This document shows positions 17,253 through 26,416 of a stretch of DNA of 27,242 nucleotides, piece after piece. The translations under genes were made by a program, and so were the position numbers. Source of the DNA: Armatimonadia bacterium. GTDB lineage: Bacteria > Armatimonadota > Zipacnadia > Zipacnadales > UBA11051. The stretch's first letter is position 1; every line of letters starts with the position of its first letter. A model generated the notes under the pieces. It was given only the letters and a program-made list of their open reading frames with translations. It was not told where the DNA came from and did no database searches. The stretch lies in contig JBDKRC010000164.1 in NCBI GenBank assembly GCA_039683575.1, forward strand, positions 1 through 27,242, given 5' to 3'.

Positions 17253-19643
17253 ATGGAATTTGAGCTGCGGGATAAGATCGATAACCAGTACCGTGTCACC
17301 GAGAAGCACTATGGCGGCATGAGTGTGGTTTATATCGTGCTTGATGAGTTTTCACAGCGACGGTTTGCGGTGAAGACACTCAAGCAGGAACTACTGGATG
17401 ACCGCAATGCGGCCAGCCGGTTTGCTGCCGAGGCGCGGACGTGGATGAACCTCGGGCGGCATGAGAATATTGTCGAAGCCATCATCTACCGCGAGATTGA
17501 CGGACAGCCGTTCCTCTTCCTGGAGTATGTCGAGGGAGCCAGCCTGCAAGTGCTGCTGGATCTCGAACGACACCTCTTCCCTCCCCAGTTAGTCACCTTC
17601 ATGCTCCAGGTCTGCGCGGGAATGGCCTATGTTCACAACGTGAAGGTGGGCCCTGCGCAAACCGGCGTGATCCACCGGGACATCAAGCCGGCGAATCTGA
17701 TGCTCACCCGTGAGGCCGTGATCAAGATCACGGACTTTGGACTGGCTAAAGCCCACGGGATGCGGACCGAGCACAGCGATGTGGGGATTGGGCTGGGGAC
17801 CTATCTGTACATGCCGCCCGAGCAGCTACTGGATGCCTCGACCGCAGACCGCACCTCGGACATCTACTCCTTCGGCGTGGCGTTCTATGCGGCGATTACG
17901 GGGCGGGCGCCGATCCAGGGCCATAGTGTCGGACAGATAGTCCGCAATATCATCAACCAGGAGCCGCTGCGTCCGAGCCAGTTGGTGGCCGGGGTGCCGC
18001 GCGAACTTGAGGACCTGATCCTGCGGTGTCTGGCCAAGAAACGTGAAGACAGGTTTCAGAGTTTCGAGGAAGTGCGGGTGGCGCTGGAGGGCGTGAGGGA
18101 GGCCGTGACGGCGGCGCATGCGGGGCGGGATGACGTGCGGCAGTGTCGTGGGTGCAGCTATCTGACGACGTTCACGCACCGGGCTTGCCCGCTTTGTGCT
18201 AATACGTTTGAGTTGGTGGCGTTTCCGTTGGGAGGCGGGGCGGGGGCGGAGGCGGGTGCGACCAGTTTGCCCGACGGCGGGGTACGAGCCCCCGCCCTAC
18301 AGACGGAGGAGGGCGACGGCGGGGTACTAGCCCCCGCCCTACAGACGGAGGAGGGCGACGGCGGGGTACGTGGCCCCGCCCTACAGACTGAGGCGGAGGT
18401 TTCCCCTGAGGAGGAAGCGGTGCAGGTGCTGCTGCAGACGGCGCGGAGCTGGAAGGAGCGGGACGATCTGCAGCGGGCTGTGAATGTGCTGCGGCAGGCT
18501 GTGGCGCTGGCGCCGGGGCATGTGGAGGCGCGGCGGGAACTGGATGAGACGGTGCTGGAGATGGCGCGGCGCAGGCCGCGAACGCCGACCAAGGCTTACA
18601 ATTGGCCGATGTTTCGCGGGAACATCACGCGAACGGGCTACACGCCGGAGATCGTGGCGCCGCCGCTGCAGCGCCGATGGCAGTATAAGGTTGGCGACTG
18701 GGTGATGGCCTCGCCCGTGGTGTCGAACGCCGTCGCGTTTGTGGGCGGGCACCAGGCCAAGCCGGCGGCACAGGGACGGTTTGTGGCGGTGCACTGCGAT
18801 CGCGGGCAGCTCGTGTGGGAGCTTGAGACGCCGCATGAGATCCTGCTGAGCGCGTGCGTGCTGGGGGGCAATATGCTGTTTGTGGCGAGCCATAACTGGC
18901 TGATGGCGCTGGACCCCCGGACGGGGCGGCGGTACTGGGACTTCACGGCCAGTTCGCCGATCACCTCGGCGCCGACGGCGTGGCAGAACATGGTGTACTT
19001 CGGGACCGAGAACGGGACCTTCTATGCGCTGCACGCCCAGAGCGGACAGCGCATCTGGACTTTTGGCGCGGAGATGGGTATCTACTCGGCGGCGATGGTG
19101 TGGGAGGGGTGCGTGTACTTCGGGTCGAGCGATCACCGGCTGTACGCAGTGGAGCAAGCGACGGGGGCGCTGACGTGGGAGTTCATGAGCGCGGGCGAGA
19201 TCAGCTCGACACCGCTGTTTCACCGGGGGCGGATCTACGTGGGCTCCAGCGACCAGCGGCTGTACTGCCTGGACTACCAGACGGGGCGACGGGTGTGGGA
19301 GTTTGCGACGGCCGGGGCGGTAAATGCGTCGCCCGCGGCCTCGCAGGATATCGTGTACGTGGGGTCACGTGACCGGAATCTGTACGCGGTGGCGGCAGAT
19401 ACCGGGACGGCACGGTGGCACTTCAGCGCCGGGGACTGGATCGATTCCTCGCCAGCAGTGAGTGGGCGGACGGTATATGTGGGATCGCACGACGGCAAGC
19501 TGTACGCGCTGGAGGCGGAGACGGGGATACTGATGTGGGAGTATCCGACGGATGGTGAGGTGGGATCGTCGCCAGCGGTGTCGGGCGGACGCGTGGTGGT
19601 GGGTGGGAACGATGGGAATTTGTATTGTTTCCGGTCGGTGTGA
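17253..19643 (+). CDS. Ser/Thr protein kinase with Zn-ribbon, TPR-like helix pair and PQQ-type beta-propeller
   Basis: FAVK, HRDIKPANL, DFGLA and GTYLYMPPE kinase motifs; CRGC...CPLC; NWPMFRG followed by repeated SSPAV...VYVGS.D.LYAL...G...WEF blades; no transmembrane segment seen. Confidence 0.92.
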   Translation: MEFELRDKIDNQYRVTEKHYGGMSVVYIVLDEFSQRRFAVKTLKQELLDDRNAASRFAAEARTWMNLGRHENIVEAIIYREIDGQPFLFLEYVEGASLQVLLDLERHLFPPQLVTFMLQVCAGMAYVHNVKVGPAQTGVIHRDIKPANLMLTREAVIKITDFGLAKAHGMRTEHSDVGIGLGTYLYMPPEQLLDASTADRTSDIYSFGVAFYAAITGRAPIQGHSVGQIVRNIINQEPLRPSQLVAGVPRELEDLILRCLAKKREDRFQSFEEVRVALEGVREAVTAAHAGRDDVRQCRGCSYLTTFTHRACPLCANTFELVAFPLGGGAGAEAGATSLPDGGVRAPALQTEEGDGGVLAPALQTEEGDGGVRGPALQTEAEVSPEEEAVQVLLQTARSWKERDDLQRAVNVLRQAVALAPGHVEARRELDETVLEMARRRPRTPTKAYNWPMFRGNITRTGYTPEIVAPPLQRRWQYKVGDWVMASPVVSNAVAFVGGHQAKPAAQGRFVAVHCDRGQLVWELETPHEILLSACVLGGNMLFVASHNWLMALDPRTGRRYWDFTASSPITSAPTAWQNMVYFGTENGTFYALHAQSGQRIWTFGAEMGIYSAAMVWEGCVYFGSSDHRLYAVEQATGALTWEFMSAGEISSTPLFHRGRIYVGSSDQRLYCLDYQTGRRVWEFATAGAVNASPAASQDIVYVGSRDRNLYAVAADTGTARWHFSAGDWIDSSPAVSGRTVYVGSHDGKLYALEAETGILMWEYPTDGEVGSSPAVSGGRVVVGGNDGNLYCFRSV
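18272..18388 (-). repeat. Three 42-bp REP-A units inserted in frame in the kinase gene
   Basis: Units at 18272, 18314 and 18356 contain the reverse complement of GTAGGGCGGGGGCTCGTACCCCGCC or a 1-2-nt variant; they encode DGGV(R/L)(A/G)PALQTE. Confidence 0.9.
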
Positions 19644-19750
19644 GAGAGGCGAGGAAAGAGCTTGTCAGGATGGACAGGATGACGGCCGGATAGACAGGAT
19701 TTGAGGCAGATGGGTTCGGATGGGGGCGAGATGAGTTAGGGAGGCTTGCT

Positions 19751-20218
19751 ATGGGTTTGTTGGTACGGTGGGCTACCCGGTGGGATCGGAAGGCCTTGGT
19801 GGAGATGCTGGAGGCTCTGGCCGTGCAGCATGGCGTGGAGGTTACAGAGGAGAAGCTGAGCGCGGCGTTCGACTATGCCTTGGCTCACCCGGCGCAGGTG
19901 CGGTTTGCAGTGGCGCAACGGGATGAGGAGGTCGTGGGGACGGTGTCTTTGCAGGAGGCTTACTCGACGTGGCAGGCGGCGCCGTATGGGACGATTGAGG
20001 ATTTCTATGTGAAGGCCGGCGAGCGCGAGAAGGGCGTGGGGACCGAGTTGCTGGCGCTGCTTCTGGAAGAGGCGCGGCGGAGGAAGTACTGCCGGGTGGA
20101 GCTTCAGGTCCAGGAGGACAATGACTCGGCGTGGAAGTTCTACGAGGCGCGGGGGTTTCGGTTCAAGGGCAATCTGGTGTATGCGCACGATCTGGGGTTG
20201 GCGGAAGGGGAGGAGTGA
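19751..20218 (+). CDS. GNAT-family N-acetyltransferase
   Basis: IEDFYV...REKGVGTELL acetyl-CoA motif, NDSAWKFYEARGF; GGGAGG RBS. Confidence 0.92.
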   Translation: MGLLVRWATRWDRKALVEMLEALAVQHGVEVTEEKLSAAFDYALAHPAQVRFAVAQRDEEVVGTVSLQEAYSTWQAAPYGTIEDFYVKAGEREKGVGTELLALLLEEARRRKYCRVELQVQEDNDSAWKFYEARGFRFKGNLVYAHDLGLAEGEE

Positions 20219-20303
20219 CGGGGAAAGGCGGGAGAGGGTCAGGATGGACAGTCGTCGTGCTGGATTCTCCGGCACCCTGAACGAATCAAAACTCTTCGCC
20301 CGC

Positions 20304-20380
20304 CTCTGTCATTCTGAGCGAAGCGAAGAATCTCGGCCACCAACACGTGGGGATTCTTCGCTTCGCTCAGAATGACAGAG
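20304..20380. repeat. Perfect 29-bp inverted repeat element (TGTCATTCTGAG family)
   Basis: CTCTGTCATTCTGAGCGAAGCGAAGAATC (20304-20332) and its exact reverse complement (20352-20380), 19-nt loop. Confidence 0.9.
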
Positions 20381-20537
20381 CAATTCCGGAGCAGGATGGA
20401 GGCGGATGGGCAGGATGGGATGGGGGGTAAAGGGAAGGGTCTGCGCGAGGGGGACATGCAAAGGATGATGAGGATAGAGACGAGGATGGGGAGGATATGG
20501 CGGAGGGGGAATGTGGCGGCTAGTCGGTGACTGTGAC

Positions 20538-20579
20538 GGGGACGGGATCTTGGCTTGCGCTGAGGCTCCGTCCCCTTTT
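20538..20579. repeat. GGGGACGG...CCGTCCCC hairpin between convergent genes (possible terminator)
   Basis: 8-bp terminal stem followed by TTTT; AGGCTCCGTCCCC is shared with 26641-26660. Confidence 0.5.
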
Positions 20580-20603
20580 GCGTTTGTCTGGTGAGGGTAA
20601 GGG

Positions 20604-23261
20604 TCACTTTCGCCAGAGGTAGGCCCAGGCGAAACCGTTGGCGCTCTGGGCGCGCTCCAGGGCTGTCCAGACTGTGGGGAGGCTGATGGCGTTGGGATAT
20701 ATCAGGAACCGCGGCTGCCACTCGGGGTTGAACTTGGATTTGAACTCGTAGAGGCCTTTGAAGTCGTAGAAGCGGTCGATGCTCTCGAAGACGTAGTGCA
20801 GCACGCGCTCGAGAGCGGGATCGCCGGGCGCTTCACCGATGCCTGCCAGGGGGCTGAGGCCAAGGTTGAAGGTGGCGTGGCCCTGATCTCGGGCGTACTC
20901 GAACAGCCGGACGAAGAGTAGATCCATCGTCCCCCTTTCAGTCTCCCGGCGCTGCCGCATCAGGTCTATCGTCGCCTCGTTCAACTGGTACTCGGGTATC
21001 AGGTTCGCGAAGGCCATGATGATGCCCGCCGCATCGTGGATTGCCATGACCGGGCAGTCCCTCAGGTACTCCTCGTCAAACCACCCCAGTGAGAAACGCT
21101 TCTCCGTGCCGTGAACGCTGGTCAGCCAGTCGTCGCTTACCTCTCGTAACTGGGCAATCAGGCGCGGGGACAAGGGCGGAGAGTGGACCTGTGCTTCGTA
21201 TCCGAGCTTGGTGAGACGGTTTATCGTGTGCCGGAGGCCCTTGGCCTCTCCGCCCGCGAGACTGAAGGTTGTCACGTCCACGATTGCCTCGTGGCCGATG
21301 CGCAGGGTTTGATAGCCGGCCTGGGTGTAGAGGTCGAGATAGTCAGGGAGGACCTGGAACCAGGCGGGTTGCCAGTCGTGGCGGCGGCAGTGCTCGGCGA
21401 ACTCCCTGATGGCGTCCCGGGCGTCGTCGGGCGGGCCGATCGGGTCGCCGAGGGCGACGGCAGTGGCCCCGCGGACGGCGAAGGGTGTGACTGAGCCAGC
21501 CGTGGAGAAGTGATAGTGCTTGTCGGGGAGGAGAGCGATGTGAGCGAGGGAAGAGCGGCCGTGGGCTTCCACGATATCACGCGCCCGGCGTCGCTGTGCC
21601 GCTGTGGCCGGACGGCGCATCAGCACCGGGCGGAGCAGCATGACGAGGGCGTAGGCGAAGGTCAGCGCGGCTACGAGGTAGATTGACCTTGCAAAGTACC
21701 GTCCGAAGCCGGTGATGGGCTGTAGGGAGGGCTCCCCGAACTCGGTGAACATGACGAGGGACTGCTTCAGGGCGGCGGCCAGGCCGAAGTTGAGGCTGAA
21801 GTGACGGTCCAGAAGGTAGAGGCCGAGGGTGCCGTAGGCGAGGGTGAAGACCAGCGCGGCGGCAACGGCAATGAGGCCCTGCGTCACCGAGGGCGGGTCG
21901 GAGACGGCGTTGAAGCTGCCTCGAAGGCTTAGCAGCCAGAGGGCGAGTGCGGCTGCGAGGGTGGCCTCCTCGTAGTCGAGGCCTTTGACGAGGTGGCTGA
22001 CGATGGAGACGCCAAGGACCAGCAAGGTCAGTAGCCAGGCAATGCGCTTGTGGCGGCTCAGGCCGCGGGCCAGCATGATGAGGGCGAAGCCGGCCATGCT
22101 GGCAGCCAGGTGGCCGCCGTGACGGACCTCCAGCGGCAAGTCGGCACGGATCAGGTGCAGCCGGGCGGCGAGCGAGGGGGTGATGCCCGACAGGAGGTTG
22201 ACGATCCCCATCAGGGCGGTCAGGAGGGACACGATGGCCACGCTGGCGGCGGTGTGGGCGGGGTGGCGCCACTTGCGGAAGGACGGCACGCGGTGCACAA
22301 GGATGAACCCGGCTAACAGCGGGAGCCAGAAACCCAGGCCTCGGAAGGCGAGGGAGATGGTAAGGGCCTTGGCCATGGGAACGTCGAGGGAAGCGAGCGC
22401 CAGAGGCATGGTGGTCTCGACGACGCCGATGCCCTGTGGGGTGATGGCTATGATCCAGAAGAGGATGCCGACCGCGTAGCCGGCAACGAGGACGCCGAGG
22501 CTTACGGGATGGTCGAAGGCCAGGAAGAGGGCGTAGAAGCTGGCAAGATCGATGACCTCGCAGGCGACGGCAGCGCCGGCGGGTGGCAGCAGGACGGCGG
22601 GATGACTGGCGACCGCGGAGGCGGCCTGGGTCAGCTCCTGAGCGGAGTTCTCGACCCAACCGGGAGGGATGAGGCCCGGGCGTCCGACGCGTGAGGCCAG
22701 CCAGTTGCCGATCATGCCCACAAGGCTGAGCAACCAGCGGAGGGCTGAGGGAAACCACTGGCCCATGAGCAGGACGGCGGCCCAGCCTACTATCACCAGG
22801 AGCAACAGGACGCTCGCGATCTTTTCGTAGATCGTGAGGTCGTGATAGCGGTACAGCCATCCAAGGCCGACCATGAGGACGACGGCGAAGGCGCTGAAGT
22901 ACAGGATGCGGACGAGCACTGTCGCGGCGGCCGCTTTGACGCCGGACTGGCCTCGCTGGACGGCATCGTCCACCCAGAGGGCGGTGCCGGTGGCGGGAGC
23001 GACGACGCTGATGAAGATCGAGGAGAACATGACCGGGAGCAGGTCGCGCAGGCGTCCGGAGACTCCCATGGCGCGAAAGCAGGTCTGGTAGAGCAGGGTG
23101 TGGGCGACCCAGAAGCCGAACTGCAGGATGGCCGCCGCGAGGAGGTAGGTCCAGTGCGCGCCGGCGAGCGTGCGGCCGAGGGCCTCAATCTCAGGCAGCC
23201 GACTGATGATGACCCAGATGGCACCCACGATCAGCAGTCGCAATATCCAGACTCTAGTCAA
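20604..23261 (-). CDS. mprF: MprF-like aminoacyl-phosphatidylglycerol flippase/synthase
   Basis: Multi-TM N-terminal flippase domain (ITPQGIGVVE...AFRGLGFWLP), HLVKGLDYEEA, and DUF2156 C-terminal domain (DKHY, ALGDPIG, IGHEAIVD, EKRFSLG, IDLMR, GTMD, LGLSPL, FKGLYEFKSKFNPEWQPRF). Confidence 0.88.
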   Translation of the reverse strand: MTRVWILRLLIVGAIWVIISRLPEIEALGRTLAGAHWTYLLAAAILQFGFWVAHTLLYQTCFRAMGVSGRLRDLLPVMFSSIFISVVAPATGTALWVDDAVQRGQSGVKAAAATVLVRILYFSAFAVVLMVGLGWLYRYHDLTIYEKIASVLLLLVIVGWAAVLLMGQWFPSALRWLLSLVGMIGNWLASRVGRPGLIPPGWVENSAQELTQAASAVASHPAVLLPPAGAAVACEVIDLASFYALFLAFDHPVSLGVLVAGYAVGILFWIIAITPQGIGVVETTMPLALASLDVPMAKALTISLAFRGLGFWLPLLAGFILVHRVPSFRKWRHPAHTAASVAIVSLLTALMGIVNLLSGITPSLAARLHLIRADLPLEVRHGGHLAASMAGFALIMLARGLSRHKRIAWLLTLLVLGVSIVSHLVKGLDYEEATLAAALALWLLSLRGSFNAVSDPPSVTQGLIAVAAALVFTLAYGTLGLYLLDRHFSLNFGLAAALKQSLVMFTEFGEPSLQPITGFGRYFARSIYLVAALTFAYALVMLLRPVLMRRPATAAQRRRARDIVEAHGRSSLAHIALLPDKHYHFSTAGSVTPFAVRGATAVALGDPIGPPDDARDAIREFAEHCRRHDWQPAWFQVLPDYLDLYTQAGYQTLRIGHEAIVDVTTFSLAGGEAKGLRHTINRLTKLGYEAQVHSPPLSPRLIAQLREVSDDWLTSVHGTEKRFSLGWFDEEYLRDCPVMAIHDAAGIIMAFANLIPEYQLNEATIDLMRQRRETERGTMDLLFVRLFEYARDQGHATFNLGLSPLAGIGEAPGDPALERVLHYVFESIDRFYDFKGLYEFKSKFNPEWQPRFLIYPNAISLPTVWTALERAQSANGFAWAYLWRK

Positions 23262-23423
23262 AATGTCTCCCTGAGGTAAACGGTGCGGACCGCTCTTTCC
23301 TACGAAGGGTTGTGAGGGAAGGTTCAGTGGGAGAGAGAGCGTCAGGATGGAGAGGATGGGGCCGGGGGGGTGGAGGATGATTGGAAGCGAGGGGGAATGT
23401 TGTGGTGTGTTCTGGGGCGAGGC

Positions 23424-23541
23424 TGGGTCGGTGATGACGGCCGGCGGGGTACGGAGCCCCCGCCCTACAGCGGAGGGTGGGTCGGTGATGACGGCTGGCG
23501 GGGTACGGAGCCCCCGCCCTACAGCGGAGGGTGGGTCGGTG
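23424..23541 (-). repeat. Two 54-bp tandem units each containing REP-A
   Basis: Units start at 23424 and 23478 (partial third at 23532); the reverse complement matches 9238-9290 including the CCGTCATCACCGACC tail. Confidence 0.9.
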
Positions 23542-23580
23542 TTCGTGGCGGAGGGCTGTTTACATATGGGAGGGTTTCAC

Positions 23581-26406
23581 ATGCGTCGAGCGCTCTTGGT
23601 GGGAATTTGTCTGGTGGCGTTGGTGTCGCTGGCGGAGGCTGGTGGGTTTGTTGCGGCTACTAATGTGGAGTGCACGCCAGAGGGCGTGTCGCTGGCGCCG
23701 CGTTGGGAGCGGGCCTATGCGGAGGGGTTTGAGGGGGATTTGAGCGGATGGGCGTTTGAGAATTTCGAGGACAAGCTCGTGATTGAGCGGAGTGCGGAGG
23801 GGGCGCATGGCGGGGCCGGGCTCTTTCGGGTTGCGGGCAACAAGAGCGGGGATACCGCGTGGGAGATGAAGTCGAAGCCGGTGGCGGTGGAGGCTGGGAC
23901 GACGGTTCGCCTACGATTCTGGCTGAGGAACAACAGGGGGCTGGAGTTTGTGTCGGGGCATCAGGGGCACTATGAGTCGCGGGTGGAGTACCTTGACGCG
24001 GCGGGACAGGTCGTCGGGTTCACGCCCGTGATCTGGGGGGAAGTTGACGACAAGTGGCATCTGGTGACGGCTGCGGGTGAGGTGCCGAAGAAGGCGGTGG
24101 CGGCCGTGGTGCGGCTGGGGTTCGATTCGCCGAATATCGGGCCCGGGGAGTATGTGCTGGTGGATGATCTGGAGCTTGAGGCGCGGAGTGAGACGACCGG
24201 GTACGTGAAGGATGGGGAGTTCTCGTCGAGGCCGATCCCGGTGAAGGCCGGGTGGGGTGGCCTGGCGCTAACGCAGGCTTTGACGCCGAAGGGGACGGCC
24301 GTCTCAGTGGAGATGCGGACGGCGGCTGATGAGGGCGGGAAGCCGGGGGCCTGGTCGGAGTTCAACAAGCCGAGGAAGGAAGCAGACAAGCTCGCGGGTT
24401 GGGTGCAGTACCGGGCGCGGCTGACGTCGGCTGACGGGAAGGCTACGCCGGTGCTGAGGTGGGTGAAGATCGGGATGGGGGCAGGGGCGGTTACGGATAC
24501 CGGGTGGACCGGCGTTGATACCGAGGCGCCGGTGCTTGGGGAGCATTCGCCGACGCGGACGGAACAGGCGCAGGTGACGCTGCGGTTCAACGTTCAGGAC
24601 GCGGGCGTGGGGCTGGAGATGCCGAGCGTGCGGCTGGCGCTGGATGGCGAGGCTTTGGCAGTGCGGCGAGAGGCCAATGGGGAGTATGTGGCCCAGCCGG
24701 CGAAGGCGTTGGCGCCGGTGAGCAATCCCGGCGGGTTCCGAGGGTGGCGGACTAGTAACTTCAGCAATGCGCTGACGATCAAGCGCGGGGAGCCGCGGGT
24801 GGCGGACGGGGCGGAGAGTATGAGGGTGAGCCGCGCGGCGGGGGAAGTTGATACGGCGTTCACGCTGGCTTCGCCGGAGATTCCAGTCGAGGCCGGGGCG
24901 AAGTATGTGCTGTCGGTGTGGCTGCGGACGGATGTGGATTTGCGTCAGGTGGACGCGCGCGGGGCGAGGGGGATCAGGTGGCTGAATGACAAGGGGGAAG
25001 CGATCGGCGAGCCGGTGGCGGTTGCGTATGGGGCGGCAGGGACGGATTGGCATGAGGTGCGGAAGGAACTGGTGGCTCCGGCCGGGGCGGCGGCTTGTGT
25101 GATCGCGCTGGGTTGGGACACCCCGAACCTGGCGAATGGGCGGTACGTGGAGTTTGCGGAGGTGAAGCTGGAGGGGCCGCACCCGGCGCGGGACATGGGC
25201 CCGAACCTGCATGAGATCGTGGTGACGGCGCGGGATCTGGCGGGCAATGAGATGCGCAAGACGTGGCATCTGCTCGTGAAGGAGGCGCCGAAGACGGGGC
25301 TGGTGACGGTGCGGAAGGATGGAGTGACGCTGGTGGATGGCAAGCCCTTCTTCCCCATCGGCATCTACTCGGTGTCGCGGCGGCCGGACAATAACAACAG
25401 CTATGACGATGCCTTCAAGGAGCTCAAGGCGGCGGGCTTCAACCTGGCGCACACCTATGCGAATGCGCGTGGGCCGGAGTTTACGGAGTTCATGCATGCG
25501 GCGGAGCGGCAGGGCATGAAGCTGTTCATCGCGCCAGAGACCGGCAACAACAACCCCGATGCGGAGGGAGCGCTGCAGTCGGTGGTGCGGGAGTGCAATG
25601 AGCCCGCGGTGCTGGCGTGGTACCTGGCGGATGACACGTCAGGGCACATCAGCCCCAAGGATCTCAAGCGCGTCCATGAGGCGATCATGGAAGTTGACCC
25701 GTATCACATGACGACGCAGGCGGATGGAGTTGCGAAGCTCAATGACGACCGGTATGTGCGCTACGTGAACTCGACGACGGGGTTTTTGCCGGAGCTTTAC
25801 CCGATATATCAGAAGACCGGCAACCACGTTGCCGACGTGATCCGCGGGATGAAGAACGTGCAGGAGGCGTGGAAGGCGTCGGGGCGGGTGACGCCGGTGT
25901 GGGCGATCATCCAGGACTTTGAGGGCTGGGGCTGGGCGCGGTTCCCGACCGATGCCGAAGAGCGCTGCATGGTGTACCTGGCGATCATCCACGGGGCGCA
26001 GGGGATGACGTGGTACACGTATGCCTACAGGGATGACAAGCATGGGGCGCCGTGGGACAAGAAGGTGTGGGCGTACCTGAAGGGCATCGCGACCGAGTTG
26101 TCGTCGCTCAGCGGGCCACTAACGGCGGAGGCGCCGAAGGAAGTGGCGAAGGGTGAGGTCGTGGCGGGGCCGGCGCTGGGTGATCTGGAGTATCCGAGCC
26201 TCAATCTGAGGCTGATGAAGCATGAGGGCGCTTGGTACCTGCTGGCGGCGAACTCCGCGGAGGCGCCGATCAAGGCGAGGATGACCGTGCCGGGGCTGAA
26301 GGGTGAGGCGGACGTGGTGTTTGAGGGGCGGAAGGTGAAGGCTACGGGTGGGAGGATTGAGGATGAGTTTGGGCCGCTGGCGGTGCATGTTTACCGCTGG
26401 CGGTGA
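23581..26406 (+). CDS. Secreted multidomain protein: two CBM4/9-like modules, Ig-like domain and C-terminal glycoside hydrolase-like TIM barrel (~941 aa)
   Basis: GGAGGG RBS, ATG 23581, signal peptide MRRALLVGICLVALVSLAEA; duplicated module DTA..S..V.VEAG...WLR...WH.V...LG.D.PN; LVDGKPFFPIGIY, AGFN, AWYLADD and YLAIIHGAQGMTWYTY typical of clan-A-like barrels. Confidence 0.75.
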   Translation: MRRALLVGICLVALVSLAEAGGFVAATNVECTPEGVSLAPRWERAYAEGFEGDLSGWAFENFEDKLVIERSAEGAHGGAGLFRVAGNKSGDTAWEMKSKPVAVEAGTTVRLRFWLRNNRGLEFVSGHQGHYESRVEYLDAAGQVVGFTPVIWGEVDDKWHLVTAAGEVPKKAVAAVVRLGFDSPNIGPGEYVLVDDLELEARSETTGYVKDGEFSSRPIPVKAGWGGLALTQALTPKGTAVSVEMRTAADEGGKPGAWSEFNKPRKEADKLAGWVQYRARLTSADGKATPVLRWVKIGMGAGAVTDTGWTGVDTEAPVLGEHSPTRTEQAQVTLRFNVQDAGVGLEMPSVRLALDGEALAVRREANGEYVAQPAKALAPVSNPGGFRGWRTSNFSNALTIKRGEPRVADGAESMRVSRAAGEVDTAFTLASPEIPVEAGAKYVLSVWLRTDVDLRQVDARGARGIRWLNDKGEAIGEPVAVAYGAAGTDWHEVRKELVAPAGAAACVIALGWDTPNLANGRYVEFAEVKLEGPHPARDMGPNLHEIVVTARDLAGNEMRKTWHLLVKEAPKTGLVTVRKDGVTLVDGKPFFPIGIYSVSRRPDNNNSYDDAFKELKAAGFNLAHTYANARGPEFTEFMHAAERQGMKLFIAPETGNNNPDAEGALQSVVRECNEPAVLAWYLADDTSGHISPKDLKRVHEAIMEVDPYHMTTQADGVAKLNDDRYVRYVNSTTGFLPELYPIYQKTGNHVADVIRGMKNVQEAWKASGRVTPVWAIIQDFEGWGWARFPTDAEERCMVYLAIIHGAQGMTWYTYAYRDDKHGAPWDKKVWAYLKGIATELSSLSGPLTAEAPKEVAKGEVVAGPALGDLEYPSLNLRLMKHEGAWYLLAANSAEAPIKARMTVPGLKGEADVVFEGRKVKATGGRIEDEFGPLAVHVYRWR

Positions 26407-26416
26407 GGGGAAGAGG

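Noticed and set aside
23424-23541. 54-bp repeats as CRISPR, or as the N-terminus of the 1019-aa ORF starting at 23347
   Set aside because: No unique spacers. The units are REP-A, and a good RBS plus signal peptide start at 23581, so the upstream in-frame extension is probably untranslated.
1274-26388. Numerous long antisense or alternate-frame ORFs (e.g. 3536-4669, 12953-14131, 21577-22860, 24304-25497)
   Set aside because: They overlap well-supported genes and are expected shadows in high-GC DNA.
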